64,000 nt of DNA from the human T2T-CHM13v2.0 reference genome, Homo sapiens (GCF_009914755.1 NC_060932.1), one strand, 5' to 3'; shown: positions 1 through 14,111, counted from the stretch's first letter. Made by a program: numbers and translations. Notes: generated by a model from the sequence alone, not told the origin.

Positions 1-1904
1 CACCTGACATCATCATTGTGTTTTGCATGAACAATAATTGGCTCCTTACTTCTATACTACGTTTTAAAGACAAGAAATGTTCGTGGTGAACCAGAGACTA
101 ATTATACTCTTTGCATTGCAAAAATAGTTCTTTAAACATAAATCAATAGATTAAAAAAATGTTTTCCTAAGTAAGGCAAGCAAGAAATATATTTAGAAAG
201 AAGTATTTTGGCTTCAAGTATTTAAAACACATCTATTGTGTTAACCTGCCAATGACTCAATCATGTTACATTCTAGGTTTTTAAAAATCTGTCATTCACA
301 TTCCCCCCAGCAAAACTGAAGCCATGTAGGTAAGAACAGAAAACTAAGAAGCTTGTTAATAGAGAGGACTACTCTTCAAATAAGTTAAAAATAACTTTGC
401 AAGAAAAAAAGGATCACCATAGTAGTATTTATATAAATTTATTTAATGCTTTTGTTTTGCCTGTGAGTCTGGGCATTTAGAAGTCCTAACATGTTAAAGT
501 GGAAAGGGAGAGCAGTCTCATCTGGTCTAATTCCTTCTTTCCAAACCTGAAGCAAAGGAGTTCTAGAGATATGGGGCCATCTGCCTGGAGCTCTCTGACA
601 AATCCACCAGTATCATAATTCTGTTTCAAGTCAAAATCCTCTTTTAAAGAAACCACCTGGGATTTTACTCCCAGGAAACAAAATTGGGATCAAAACCAGA
701 AAACAAACAGAGATACACAAATCAAAACAAAATTTTGTCACTGAAATTTTTCCTGCTTCACTGTTTAATCCCCAGTACTTCGTGATGGATTTATGCCGCT
801 CATAGGAATTGCACCCAGTCAGACCTGAACAAGCTTAACCTCCCAGTGAGTATACAGCTTTCAAACCCACACTAAAAAGTGGGGAAAATAGGTAAGAACG
901 ACCATCAGCATTGATTCAATAGATTACATGGCATTAATTACAAAGTAGTTTATAAACCAAACACTAAATGGAAGACGTTTATATCCTTACCATTAGTGAT
1001 TTCTGTGTCAGAGGACTCACTTGAGTTTATAAAACTGTATTTTAAGGCTGGAATCCTAAAGTAAGATATTTCTGTAAGAACAATCAGTTAGTGTCATAGA
1101 TATTAGTGTGGTTGAAAGCAATTAGCAATTGATTTATTTTAATTATAAAAAAATTAAAAGATCACAAATACAAACAAAACAAAGCCAAGCAAATCAATCT
1201 TAACATAAATATTAATGATGTATTGGATTTTTAATAAAGAAATGTAAATAGTGAACAAATAGCAAGCTATTAGATTTGGAAAGATAAGATTTGGGAAATG
1301 ATTTATTGTAGTGTATTTTATTTGTAGTTGCATCAGAAATTACATTAATCATTGATTAAATTACATTTATGATTCTTACGTGATCACCATATCCATTTAA
1401 GAGTGAGCCTATTAGATAAAAGCCAAAGCAATTATCTTACTGATTTTTTGAAATAAAAAAATAGTAATAACTCAGAAAAAATGAGATGCACATGTTCTTC
1501 CAGCATATTTTCCAGGCTTAATAGAGTTAAAATACGGGCCTTAATATTATCACAATAGTGATGAATGTGCCTGCTTCCCAGGCTAGACAATTTAGGAATA
1601 AGATCCAGGGTGGCTGGTGTTAGTCATCTGATCAGGTAGTTAACTCCATCCTCAGCTGGCTTTTCTCTTTACTGACAGACTGTCACAATGTCCATTAACA
1701 ATTTCCCAAAAGCAGCATGGAAATTGATACCAAGAACACTGCACCTTCAGCCTAAGAAGGTTTAGATTTAAGGGTATTGTTTTATTAGTAATCCATTATT
1801 CAACTGAGTTATAGTCAATTCATTTTTTTCTCTGAATCCTGATATATACCATTTTTATATATACCTTATATATACACCATTTTTGAAAGAAAGCAAAGCA
1901 ACTT

Positions 1905-3190
1905 ACTATCCCAGTTAAAATGGCTTTGTTAAAAATTACACAAAAAAATAGCGGCTTAAAACAACGAGAAGATTTATTTAGCTCAGAGATCTCCAGCTGG
2001 AGCAAGGCTCATAGAAGATAGCTTGTTTCTGCTCCATGGTTGGTAGCTGGGGCTGGTGCAAGGCTGCCCTGGGAGGCAGGCAGCCTCACATCTGCCTCAC
2101 TGTTTTTCAGGGATTCCACACACTCCATCCAGTTTCAAGAGGAATAGAAATAAACTCCATGTCTTGATGGGGAATGGAAAGGCACTGGAAGAGCACATGG
2201 AAACAGAAATATTACTGTGGTCATTTCTGGATGATATAATTTACCACATCTGCCCTCTGGCCACTACAACTTAATGGCAGTCTTCCCACTTGCAACACTC
2301 ACTCATCTGCTCTTCAAAATTTCATCTCATTATTGCTCAAGGCGAAGATCCAGCACAGATGCAGGTGTGGCCAAGGCTTCTCAAAAGGCTTCTCACATTG
2401 GAATTCTTGAGTACTGCCCCTCTGGTGCTGAAAGAAGCTATGAGCTGAATTGCATTTCACCAAAATTCATACATCACAGCCCTAACCCCTAGTACCTCAG
2501 ACTGTGACTGTATTACAAGATACGGCCTTTCAAGTTGTGATTAAGATTAAATGAGGTTCTTAAAGTGGGCCCTAATCCAATCAGAGTGGTGTCTGACCTG
2601 AGGAAATTTGGACATACAAAAGAATAGCAGGGGTGCACAAACCCAGGGACAGGCCATGTGAGGACACAGGGAGAAGCAAGCCAAGGGGAGGCCTTGATAG
2701 AAACCAGACCTGCTGATACCTTAATCTTGGACTTCTAGCCTCCAGAACTCTGAGACAATCAATTTCTGTTGGTTGAGCCACCCAGCCTGTGTTACTTTTT
2801 TAATGACAGCCCAGAAAAAGAATACAGATTTGAATCAAAGAGATAAGTTATCCCCTTCTCTTCTGTACTTTTTATACAATGGTGGAACAGGCACAGAATA
2901 GACATGACAGGCCCTCCTGTTCAGTAACAGGGAATGCTGGAGACTCACAGCAATTACTAGCCCATAGATATTCTGAAAGCTGGCAAGGTGCATGTCTATT
3001 CCTTGCCTGAGGCTCTGTTTTAGTGCTTGCGAGTGGTCCACCTGCTTCCTGGCTCTGCCCTCTAGGATCCTGGCTCTGCCTTCTAGAACCCTACTCTGCC
3101 CTCTTGAATCTTTACTCTGTCTTCTGCATTTATGGCCCTGCCCCATAAGGTCTTGGCTCTGCACTCTGAATCATATTTCCACTGTGCCTT
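1905..3190 (-). mobile_element. Old MaLR (MLT1G/H-like) LTR plus internal remnant, interrupted by a younger MLT1 LTR
   Basis: aaaatagcggcttaaaacaac...gatttatttagctca resembles a reverse MLT1 LTR end. atacaatggtggaacaggcacagaatagaca resembles MLT1-int. Confidence 0.55.
2436..2826 (+). mobile_element. MLT1B-like MaLR solo LTR
   Basis: tatgagctgaattg...gggccctaatccaatc...cttggacttctagcctccagaact...aataca. Confidence 0.85.
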
Positions 3191-3771
3191 ACCTGGGAAG
3201 ATAAAACATGTAAAACATATGTTCCTGGTTCATAGGGAGGTGGGTGTATTATGCATATGTTAAATCAACTGCCATAATTGCATTAATCTCCACTTTATGC
3301 TCATGATTTTCTAATTGATTTATCAAGATCAAACAAAAAATAAGCAATGACTATAGACGTTTATCAATTTTTCAGTATATTTTATACCAGTTTTCTTTTT
3401 AAAATTTCAGTGTTACATTGTGATATTCTTTTATCTATAAAAGTCTAAAATTCAAATTCTGAAATAATGCTTTTCCTCCAAGTATTCTTTTTGGTTAATA
3501 TTCTCAACCTCTCTTTCATTTTGACTGCATTTATCTGATATCTTTTTCAATGCAGTTAATTTTAATCATCCTTGCTTTAGTTTGACAGTATTATTTTACC
3601 AAATCTAATAGTGTTTAATTTCATTAACTGGGTTTAGTTATCTCTATCGGTATTATGTGAATATTTGATCTTCTTTCATTCATGTCTTAATTTATTAACA
3701 TATTATCTGGCATGATGACGGGCCATAATGAAGCAAAATGGTATTCCAACTGCCCAAATACCTATGACTTA

Positions 3772-5351
3772 CAGGCATACTTCATTTTATTGTGTTTCAC
3801 TTTATTGCATTTCAAAGATGTTTCCTTATTTACAAATCAAAGGTTTGTGACAACAGTGCATCAAGCAAGTTAATCAACACCATTTTCCCAACAGCATGTG
3901 CTCATTTCCTGTCTTTGTAATTGTCATGATATTTCAAACTATTTCGTTATTATTATATCTGTTATGGGGATCTGGAATCCGTGATCTTTGATGTTACTGG
4001 TGGGATTTTTTCAAGTGCCACAAACTGTGCCCATATCAGATGGCAAACTTAATTGATTCATGTAGTGTGTCTTTGCTCCACCAACCAGCCATTCCTCTGT
4101 CTTGCTTTCTCTCCTGGGGCCTCCGTATTCCCTGAGACCCAACAATATTAAAATTAAGCCAATTAATAACTCCACAATGGCCTCCTAGTGTTCATGTTAA
4201 AGGAAGCCACGTTTCTCCCTTTAAATCAAAAGCTAGAAATAATTAAGCTTAATGAGAAAGGCATGTGAAAAGCTGAAATAAGCTGAAAGCTAGGCCTCTT
4301 GTGCCAAACAACAAAGTTGTGAATGCAAAGAGAAAGATTTTGAAGGAAATTAAAAATACTTCTCCAGTGAACACACAAGAATCTTAAGAAAATGGAAGAA
4401 CCTTATTGTGGATATGGAGAAAGCATTAGTGATCTGTGCAGAAGATCAAAACAGCTACAACATTCCCTTAAGCCAAAACCTAATTCACAGCAAGGCCCTA
4501 ACTCTCTTCAGTAAAGAGAAGGTATGGCTGAAGGCCGAGAGAGGTATGGAAGCTGCAGAAGAGAAGGTTGAAGTGAGCAGAAGCTGGTCATGAGGTTTAA
4601 GGAAAGAAGTCATCTTCACAACATAAAAGTGCAGGGTAAAGCAGCAAATGCTGATGTAGAAGCTGCAGCAAGTTATCCAGAAGATCTAAATAAGATCATT
4701 GATGAAGGTGGGTACAATAAATAACAGATTTTCAATGTAGACAAAACAGCCTTAAATTAGAAGATGCCATTTAGGACTTTCTCAAATAGAGAGGAGAAGC
4801 TAATATCTGGCTTCAAAGCTTCAAAAGACACAGGCTGACTCTCTTGTTAGGAGCTAATGCAGCTTGTGACTTCAGTTAAAACCAATGCTTGTTTACCATT
4901 TTTTAAATCCTAGGGCTCTTAAGAATCATGCTAAGTCAACTCTGCCTGTGCTCAAGAAATGAAAAAACAAATCCTGAGTAGCAGCACATTTGTTTGTAGC
5001 ATTATTTACTGAATATCGGAAGCCCACTATTTAGACCCATTGCTCAAAAATAAAACAAAACAAAACATTACTTTCAAAATATTACTGCTCATTGACAATG
5101 AATTTGATCACCCAAAAGCTCTGATGGAAACCTGCAACAGGATTAGCATTGTTTTCATGCCTGCTAACACAGTATCTATTCTGCAGTCCATTAGACCAAT
5201 GAGTAGTTTTATCTTTCAAGTCCAATTATTTATGAAATACATTTATTAATGCTACAGCTGCCAAGATAATGATTCCTCCAATGGATCTGGGAAAAGTAAG
5301 TTGAAAACCTTCTGAAAAGGATTCACCATTCTAGATGCCATTAAGAACATT
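3772..5351 (+). mobile_element. Tigger1 DNA transposon (pogo family), 3'-truncated, with decayed transposase
   Basis: TA|CAGGCATAC left TIR. ORF pieces 4408-4593 (EDQNSYNIPLSQNLIHSKALTLF) and 5040-5249 (FKILLLIDN...VFMPANT) are Tigger1 transposase. Stops and frameshifts are present. Confidence 0.92.
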
Positions 5352-6869
5352 TATCTTTTTATCTCCTGAGCTATTCTAGTGGTTGATCCATAGTAGGTGT
5401 TCAACTAATATTTACTCCTCATTCATTCATTGCAAGAAAGTATGACGTTATGAGTCTTTCAAGGAACTTTCAATTCAATTGCATGGGTAAGACATACGTA
5501 CTTAAATATTCACATATATACTTTAAATAGAGTTGTGGGGAAATAACAAATTTCTGGGTTTCCCAGTGGGCCTGTTAAGAGCCCAGCCCTCATGAGCCAT
5601 GAAAATATATATGATATAATGTTACAGGATGTTTGCTTTCACTTCCCCAAGAAACATTTTTACATACTGTAAGGTTGAGATCTATAGCCAATGTTTCTTT
5701 AATGATGCAGTTAATTGCTCTGATTGAAAAGGATGATAAAACTTCCTTCATCTCCCCAAAAGCCAACTGAGTACATCCTGGGATAGGTACCTAGGTTAGT
5801 TACCAAGGAGGCAGTGAGACTGGAGTCTTATCTCTCTAAGTATTTGCATTTCCAAAAGAAATAGCAACTCAGAGAACCCAGAGACATCTCCATGCCTTAC
5901 AGGTCAGAAATGGGAATGAGGGGTGGTTGAGTGGTTATCTGACCCTTGGAAGGCATATTTTCATTCCAGAATGTGAAGGTAGGATCCCAGGATGCTCCTC
6001 ATCCCATCTCAACAGTGCAACTGGATTCTGTCCCTGCACCCACCCCCACTACCCGCTCCTTTCTGGAGTTGGAGGGAAATGACTAATGTATGTTATATGT
6101 CTCTCTCTTACATGTGAATAGAGAAAATCCATTTTCTCCATGACTTGTGTATAGCTTTCCAGCTACTCATATAAGTCATTTGACCTGGCTTTAATTTGGT
6201 CACCGCAAGAAGTAAGGTCTGAGGAAAGCAGGACCAATGCACTTAATATTTAATGTAGGATGATAAATCAGAAATCCCTTCCTTGATTCAGAATACTTTC
6301 TATGTTCATTCAGAATAAAACTAATAAAGATGACTATTTAAAACCTTGCAAGCATATGACCCATAATGAATGTGACAAGTAAAGTATAATAACACTGTAT
6401 AGACTTAAGACAAGCTGTTCTTACACTGATTTTTCCCCTTCTAGGGAAGGAATGTAAACAGAAGAGGCAAATGCTTTGTATTTCCATCATCATGTCTATT
6501 TTATGGACACAAGGTCTAGTTTAAGTTTTGCCTTTCAATAACCCTGCTGGGCTGGGACTTTGTAAGAAGACATTTCAGTATATACTCATACATGCATATG
6601 ATTACAACAGCCTACCCTGTAGATTTTATTCTAATTTAAATCTCATAATAAGGATTGCTTAACTGTTATAAGTATGACGTGAAAGAAGACATTTTGTATC
6701 TTCAAGAATATGAAGAATCCCCAACATTAAGAGGTTTACTGGCCACTAAGTCAATGGACGTACTATTTGTCTTAACCAGCCAAATATCTTACTATACGAT
6801 GAATACATTGTCCTTAGGTTTCATATGTGAAAAGTTCACTTTTGTTAGAAGAATAAGAAAATATTTTAT

Positions 6870-7000
6870 GTATTCAACACTTAACAAATTGTCTGTGGGG
6901 ACCTATCATGTTTTGGGAATTGTGCTAGGTGCTAAGTGATGGGAGTCTACACAGGGGTAAGACATAATTCTGCTTCAAAGATTCCATAGTCTAGTAGGAC
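6870..7000 (-). mobile_element. L2 LINE 3' fragment
   Basis: tattcaac...acctatcatgttttgggaattgtgctaggtgct...agtctagt pattern. Confidence 0.55.
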
Positions 7001-7042
7001 AAATTTGCAAGGAAAGTTAGTTTTTTAATCTATATATTTTCT

Positions 7043-7112
7043 TTTTTTAATTATACTTTAAGTTCTAGGGTACATGTGCACAATGTGCAGGTTTGTTACA
7101 GAGGTATACATG
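7043..7112 (-). mobile_element. Very short (~70 bp) 5'-truncated L1PA 3' end with 15-bp TSD
   Basis: ttttttaattatactttaagttctagggtacatgtgcacaatgtgcaggtttgttaca. Flanked by an identical ATCTATATATTTTCT at 7028-7042 and 7113-7127. Confidence 0.9.
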
Positions 7113-7403
7113 ATCTATATATTTTCTATGTTTTTTTAATCTCTCCTTATTTTTTCAGTGAAATTAATTTTGTTGAAACCAGACCTGTTTGGCAGAGTTT
7201 CTCAGTTTGGATTTTGCTAGCTGCACCTCTATGTTATTCTTTTTTTTACATATTTACATTGTCTTTGTATGTTGTGTAAATGAGTATTCAGTTCTAGAGG
7301 TCCAGTGAGATTCAGGTCTAGTGTATGCTTGAGTTTTGGAAAGGCACTTTGCTGTGATGCTATGGGATTCCTTCATAAGGCATGCCATGTTCCCTTGTCC
7401 CCT

Positions 7404-8769
7404 TGAGAAGTGACAGTGTGCTGGCAGCCCTCGCAGCCCTCACTCGCTCTCAGCACCTCCTCTGCCTGGGCTCCCACTTTGGCGGCACTTGAGGAGCCCT
7501 TCAGCCAACTGCTGCACTGTGGGAGCCCCTTTCTGGGCTGGCCAAGGTAGGAGCCGGCTCCCTCAGTTTGCAGGGAGGTGTGGAGTGAGAGGCGCGAGCC
7601 GGAACCAGGGCTGCACCGCGTGCTTATGGGCCAGCTGGAGTTCTGGGTGGGCGTGGGCTTGGCGGCCCCACACTCAGAGCGGCCAGCCAGGCCTGCCGGC
7701 CGGGCAATGAGGGGCTTAGCACCCTGGCCAGCGGCTGCAGAGGGTGCATTGGGTCCCCCAGCAGCGCCGGCTCACGGGCGCTGTGCTCGATTTCTCGCTG
7801 GTCCTTAGCTGCCTCCTCAGGGTCAGGGCTCTGGACCTGCAGCCCGCCATGCCTGAGCCTCCCTGCCCCCACCCCGTGGGCTCCTGTGCAGCCCGAGCCT
7901 CCCTGACGAGTGCCGCCCCCTGCTCCACCGGAGCCCAGTCCCACCGACCACCCAAGGGCTGAGGAGTGTGGGCACACTGCAGGGGACTGGCAGGCAGCTC
8001 CACCTGTGGCCCTGGTGCGGGATCCACTGGGTGAAGCCAGCTGGGCTCCTGAGTCTGGTGGGGACTTCAAGAACCTTTATGTCTAGCTAAGGGATTGTAA
8101 ATACACCAATGGGCACTCTGTATCTAGTTCAAAGTTTGTAAACACACCAATCAGCACCCTGTGTCTAGCTCAGGGTTTGTGAATGCACCAATCCACACTC
8201 TATATCTAGCTACTCTGGTGGGGACTTGGAGAACCTTTATGTCTAGCTAAGGGATTGTAAATACACCAATCGGCACTCTGTATCTAGCTCAAGGTTTGTA
8301 AACACACCAATCAGCACCCTGTGTCTAGCTCAGGGTTTGTGAATGCACCAATCCACACTCTGTATCTAGCTACTCTGGTGGGGACTTGGAGAACCTTTAT
8401 GTCAACACTCTGTATCTAGCTAATCTAGCAGGGATGTGAAGAACTTTTGTGTCTAGCTCAGGGATTGTAAACGCACCAATCAGCACCCTGTCAAAACGGA
8501 CCAATCAGCTCTCTGTAAAATGGACCAATCAGCAGGATGTGGGTGGGGCCAGATAAGAGAATGAAAGCAGGCCGCCCAAACCAGCAGTGGCAACCCGTAG
8601 GTCCCCTTGGAGGCTGTGGAAGCTTTGTTCTTTCGCTCTTTGCAATAAATCTTGTTGGTGCTCACTCTTTGGGTCCACACTGCCTTTAAGAACTGTAACA
8701 CTCACTGCGAGGGTCTGCAGCTTCATTCTTGAAGTCAGTGAGACCAAGAACCCACCAATTCCGGACACA
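7404..8769 (+). mobile_element. LTR12C-type (ERV9) solo LTR
   Basis: Begins TGAGAAGTGACAGTGTGCTGGCAGCCCTC and ends CCAATTCCGGACACA, with a 4-bp TSD CCCT. GC-rich U3, CCAAT-rich tandem repeats and AATAAA at 8644. Confidence 0.95.
8054..8530 (+). promoter_or_regulatory. ERV9 LTR U3 enhancer repeat array (160-bp higher-order period, ~40-bp subunits with CCAAT/NF-Y boxes)
   Basis: tctggtggggactt recurs at 8054, 8214 and 8374. Repeated caccaatc and tctagct motifs. Confidence 0.8.
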
Positions 8770-8884
8770 CCCTTACATGGTGTTGGCAGGTATTGGTGAT
8801 GACTACCTAGACCCATTTCTTATTAAGGATGCCTGTGTTGCTCTTCTGATTTTGTCAGTTGTTCTCGTGTATTCAGTAGAATTA

Positions 8885-8970
8885 GGGTGTTGGAGTTTCT
8901 TCTCAAGTTGTGGGAGTTTCAGTGCAAAACTGGCAAAGTCCCGAAAAACCAGGACAAGTTGGGTACTTTG
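8885..8970. mobile_element. MER94-like hAT-Blackjack MITE fragment
   Basis: gggagtttcagtgcaaaactggcaaagtcccgaaaaaccaggacaagttgg matches the recalled MER94 right half. Confidence 0.6.
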
Positions 8971-9986
8971 ATGGAACACTTCTACACACAGAACGTCCCT
9001 TCACTCACCATTTGGCTACACAGGTGTACAGTTTATACAGGAAAGGCGCTCAAGTAGTTTTGACAGAAATGATGAATGCTACCCTTGGAGCTTTCTAGAT
9101 AATTTGCCTTTAGAAACATTGTGTTTATCTCATTTGATTAATGTACTTTCTTTTTATTTTTACGTTTTTGCTTTTGATCATGTATAATTTCCTAATGGAC
9201 TTTAGTCAAGCATTCATTGAGATGTTCTTGAAATAAATAGGCTACTACATAGAAATATCACAGTAAAACACACATGCTGGAGTAAAAAACTGAAGAGAAA
9301 ATAGTAAAAATAAGAAAAATATCAACAATTCTAAAACTGCATTACAATTTTAAAACTGAGGAGTTACAAAGAGCAGAGAACAGCTGAAAGTTTCCTTTTC
9401 AATATCAGGATATGCCTGGTCTGAAAACTCTGGAAAATAAATTCTGGAGTAATTGGCTGATTAAGGAGATTCTTAAAAAGTTGTGGCTAAAGTTTGGGAA
9501 GTTACTTGATGATCTTTGGTAACTGGGAAATAAAACTGAATTTCTGCTGAATTGGGAAAAAATATTGGTTCATATGAATTAAAAATAAATATTGAGAACC
9601 TACAAGTTAAAAGTACTGTGGTCCTTGAGGGAGGAGAGGAAAAGGAGGAACATATCCTGCCATCGAGATTTTACTGCTTGTAATTCAGTTGAATATTAAA
9701 AAGATGGCACATGAAGCATAACCATGCTTTTCTTTGCAAGTGAGAGTCATGTACTCGGAGAACTTTGATCTGAAACAGACTTCAGTGATCTTATTTCTAG
9801 AGATCTCATTTTAGGTATTGTGAATCCTATACCCAGAAAGGTAGACCTACCGAAATTAACTGTTAAGGGTAAGTAAAATTAGATAATTAGCTTAAGACTG
9901 GAAAGCAATTTTCAGAACAGAGTTGAACTAATGTGTCCCTGTTTTAATTGATTCTTGAGGAAGGGAACTTTAAGTGCTTTCTTTGA

Positions 9987-10382
<396 letters not shown>

Positions 10383-10489
10383 TAGAAGTTAAGACAGCTA
10401 TTAAACATTTTCAGAAGCAGTTGAAATTCTCTTGCCTTGTCCTACAATATTTAGGCTTCTCAGAATGCCTTTATTAAAAGAACATTTTT

Positions 10490-11078
10490 CAACCATTTTG
10501 GAAGACAGTGTGTCAATTCCTTAGGGATCTAGAACTAGAAATACCATTTGACCCAGCCATCCCATTACTGGGTATATACCCAAAGGATTATAAATCATGC
10601 TGCTATAGAGACACACACACACGTATGTTTATTGCAGCACTATTCACAATAGCAAAGACTTGGAACCAACCCTAATGTCCCTCAATGATAGACTGGATTA
10701 AGAAAATGTGGCACATATACACCATGGAATACTATGCAGCCATAAAAAGTGATGAGTTCATGTCCTTTGTAGGGACATGGATAAAGCTGGAAACCATCAT
10801 TCTGAGCAAACTATCGCAAGGACAAAAAACCAAACGCCAGATGTTCTCACTCATGGGTGGGAATTGATCAATGAGAACACATGGACACAGGAAGGGGAAC
10901 ATCACACACTGGGGCCTGTCCTGAGGTGGGGGGAGGGGGGAGGGATAGCATTAGGAGATATACCTATTGTAAATGACGAGTTAATGGGTGCAGCACACCA
11001 ACATGGCGCATGTATACATGTGTAACAAACCTGAACGTAGTGCACATGTACCCTAGAACTTAAAGTATAATAATAAAA
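10490..11078 (+). mobile_element. 5'-truncated L1PA (PA3-5-like) 3' end
   Basis: ORF2 C-terminus (DWIKKMWHIYTMEYYAAIK), G-rich 3'UTR and A-tail. TSD aaaagaaca(t/c)tttt at 10476 and 11079, with a tt|aaaa endonuclease site. Confidence 0.95.
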
Positions 11079-12254
11079 AAAAGAACACTTTTAGCATTAT
11101 CCTACTCACTAAAATTAGCATTGCAAATGTGCAGGAATATTTTAGTCTTTTTTTTCACAAATGCAGAACTCACCAATATCATGAAAAATAAGCATGCCAC
11201 CTTGATGATACCTTGATTCAAGTCAATATTCCACTTTTATGAGATATGACAAGTGAGTTTGGGCTTTGCTCCATACAATTCATAAGTCACATACGTAATG
11301 AGCATTTATTTGAACTACGTTGAGCCTGTCCTGTGTGTGGTGTGCTTTTATGTTGTTTCCCCACAATGGGCCAAGGCCAGAAACCATTTCTTTTCATTCA
11401 TACAAGGTCAAGTTCAACCACAAAACCCACACTCATTATGGTAGCAGGAATGGTGCTTTAAATAAAAATGTGAAAGAGTGAAGAATTGATCAACGAAGAC
11501 TGCAGGCCATCCAGGAAGGCAAGGGTGAAGGATTTATTCTTCAGCAACAAATCACATGCTTCTAAGTGTTCAGTATTTTAACTGGTCTCAAAAGAATCTC
11601 ATGGTGTTTCAAAAGGACTAATTGATAGTTTGTACCTGGCTCTCAGGTGAGGAAGAGACATGAGCCCTCAGCAGGGAGTTTCCCTATCTAGAAAGGGCAG
11701 ACCAGTGAACTATTCACTTGATTATCTCCAAAGCAGGACTTTCCATTTCAGAGAGCTCTGTGCCTTCTTGTCCATATCCAGAAAGCTCAGCCAGCCTGTT
11801 CTTTCTGCATTCCTGCTGATGGAAACCCCAGTTGTTCTTTATTAGCTGTTACTAAAAGTCTTGACTTTCCCTTCATCACAAAGGTGTAAAAGTTACAAAC
11901 AATTCTTTATGTCTGGAGCAAATAGTCACAGATCTACCTTTTTATTAAAAGGTGCTATTGACTCTGTGCAAACTAAAGCATGGTCAATCTTTCTTTAAAT
12001 TAGAGTCTATCAAAAATCTTTGCAACATCATCACATAGAGTTGGAAATACTCTATGTAAAGTATTTTTTTCCATTTTTTGTACTAGATTTTAGGCCTTTT
12101 TTGGTATGGGATAACATTTTCTATATATTGTATTATCATTGAATCTTGCGTGTAGTAGTTAAAATTAATTAGCTACAATTATGTATTGTTTCATGTTGCC
12201 CTAAAAGCAGGAAAATCTTACATCCTGAGAGCTGACATTATTGTCTCTTCTGTT

Positions 12255-12515
12255 ATATTAGTTTTTTTTATTGTCTTATAACAAATTACCACAAATGTAA
12301 TGGCTTAAAACAGCATGTGTTATTCTCTCTCAGTTTCCACGTGTAAGGAGTCCAAGCACAGCTCAGGTGGGTCTGCAGGTCAGGATCTCACACGGCTGCA
12401 GTCAAGATGTCAGCCAGGCTGTGCTTCTTTCTGGAGCCTGGGTCTTCTTCCAGGCTCACGTAGCTAAGGCAGAACTCAGCTGCTTGCAGTGGCTGGACTG
12501 AATTCCCCATTTTCT
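12255..12515 (-). mobile_element. MLT1 (D/E/F-like) MaLR LTR fragment
   Basis: ataacaaattaccacaaatgtaatggcttaaaacagca...ggctgcagtcaagatgtcagccaggctg. Confidence 0.75.
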
Positions 12516-14111
12516 TTCTAACTAAAAGTAATAAAATTAAAGGTGAAATAGGCATACAGAACTGTGTCATCTGACTGTCTTAAATTAGAGCACAAATTTG
12601 ATACTACTAAATATCCTGAAAGCTGAAGGATATAGGGAAATGTAGTTAGATTTGAGATGCACGTGTCTTTTAAGAAAAGAAAACTCACCATCCTTGAGAA
12701 GCGTGCATTGTTTCAGTCAAGGAAGCCTGAGTTCGGGGAGGTGTGGAAGGCTATTTTAAATGCAAGTCTGTTTACTTTTCACTCCTACACTATTTCCTTA
12801 AAACATTCTGCCTGTCAGAGAATTGTAGTTCAAATATTTTATTTTACAAATAAAGCAACTGAGAAAAAATTAAGCCAAGCAGCTATGTAGTGAAACACTT
12901 GGAAATTAAATAATGTAGATTTTCTCATAGTCATTCACTGATTTTTTCATTAATTAAATTGCCACCTCCAATCGAAATGACAGGCATATATTTCTAATTT
13001 ATGATATACTATGACCAGATGTTATTTACTGAAAAATAGAAAATTGAGATTTGTAAGATCTCCTAATGTTCTCCTACCACCCCTGCCTAAATTTGATAAT
13101 TATGTTAGTATTTTTGGGTGAAATGGCACTTTTAAGTTGTGAACTTCTTTATATATTCAACATGCTTTACTATAGAAAGGATACATGAAAGTCGAAATTG
13201 ATGAACCTTTTCAGGTTCAAAAAATATTTTTGTTCTGCCTTAACATTTGAATGATTGGTTGAAAATGTTTTGCTCCAGAACTTTGAAGATGTTGTCTCAG
13301 TATCTTCTGTCATCAGTTGCTGCTGCTGAGAAATGTGATGCTCAAAATTTTAAAATTTATGCAAGAATCAGCTGTGGGATTTGACCTAAGTCTGTGAGAT
13401 TCCTATGGTATAAGAGGAAAGAGGATTTCATTTTAAGACAATAAAACCCTCATTTTTAGCTTCAACTATCCCAACAGTACATTTAATCTGTTCATTGAGA
13501 AAGCTTCTGATTCTTTGCTGTGAGCTTACCGTGGCTTTTAGACTGAGCTGATTCCAGTCTCTGTGTGTGACTGATTGTTCTGAGCACCAGATCCTTCTGA
13601 GTGGCAGGGAGTTCGTTCACAACACCCCATGTAATATTGTCACAGCTCATAGTAGGCTCTGGCTTTTTCTGCTGCCCAAATCCTGTACTTCCTTTTTTTG
13701 TTTGTTTTTGTTTTTTGTCTGTCTTTCAGCATTTTGGGGATGGCCCTTGCAATTCTGATTTTCCATCCATGTGCAGTTTTAACTCGGTGGGTTTGTTTTT
13801 TTCAATACATTTATGTCAGTGGGGTCTATAGAGGGATAGAAGTCAAATATGTACTGAGTTCACCATCTTGACAGGAGCCATTCAAGTCATTTTTGCCAAA
13901 CGACTTGATTCAGCTTCCCAGGGAAGGGGTTCAAGCCTCTCTTAACCTGGGTTTCCCATCTCCCTTCAGGATTCCTAATAGAGAAGTATGAGTCAGGGTG
14001 CCTCACAGTACTGTTGTGGACAGAACCAGGGATTTAGGGCCCAAAGGCAAGGTTCAATGTTGCCATAGAAATAAATGGCAGTGTTCTATTGAGCAAATGC
14101 TCTATACTCTT

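Noticed and set aside
4200-5351. Domesticated Tigger-derived transposase gene
   Set aside because: Multiple stops and frameshifts plus 3' truncation
7489-8070. Overlapping GC-rich ORFs
   Set aside because: Incidental frames in LTR12C U3
8054-8530. Regular repeats resembling a CRISPR array
   Set aside because: No unique spacers and no cas genes; these are standard ERV9 LTR U3 repeats in primate DNA
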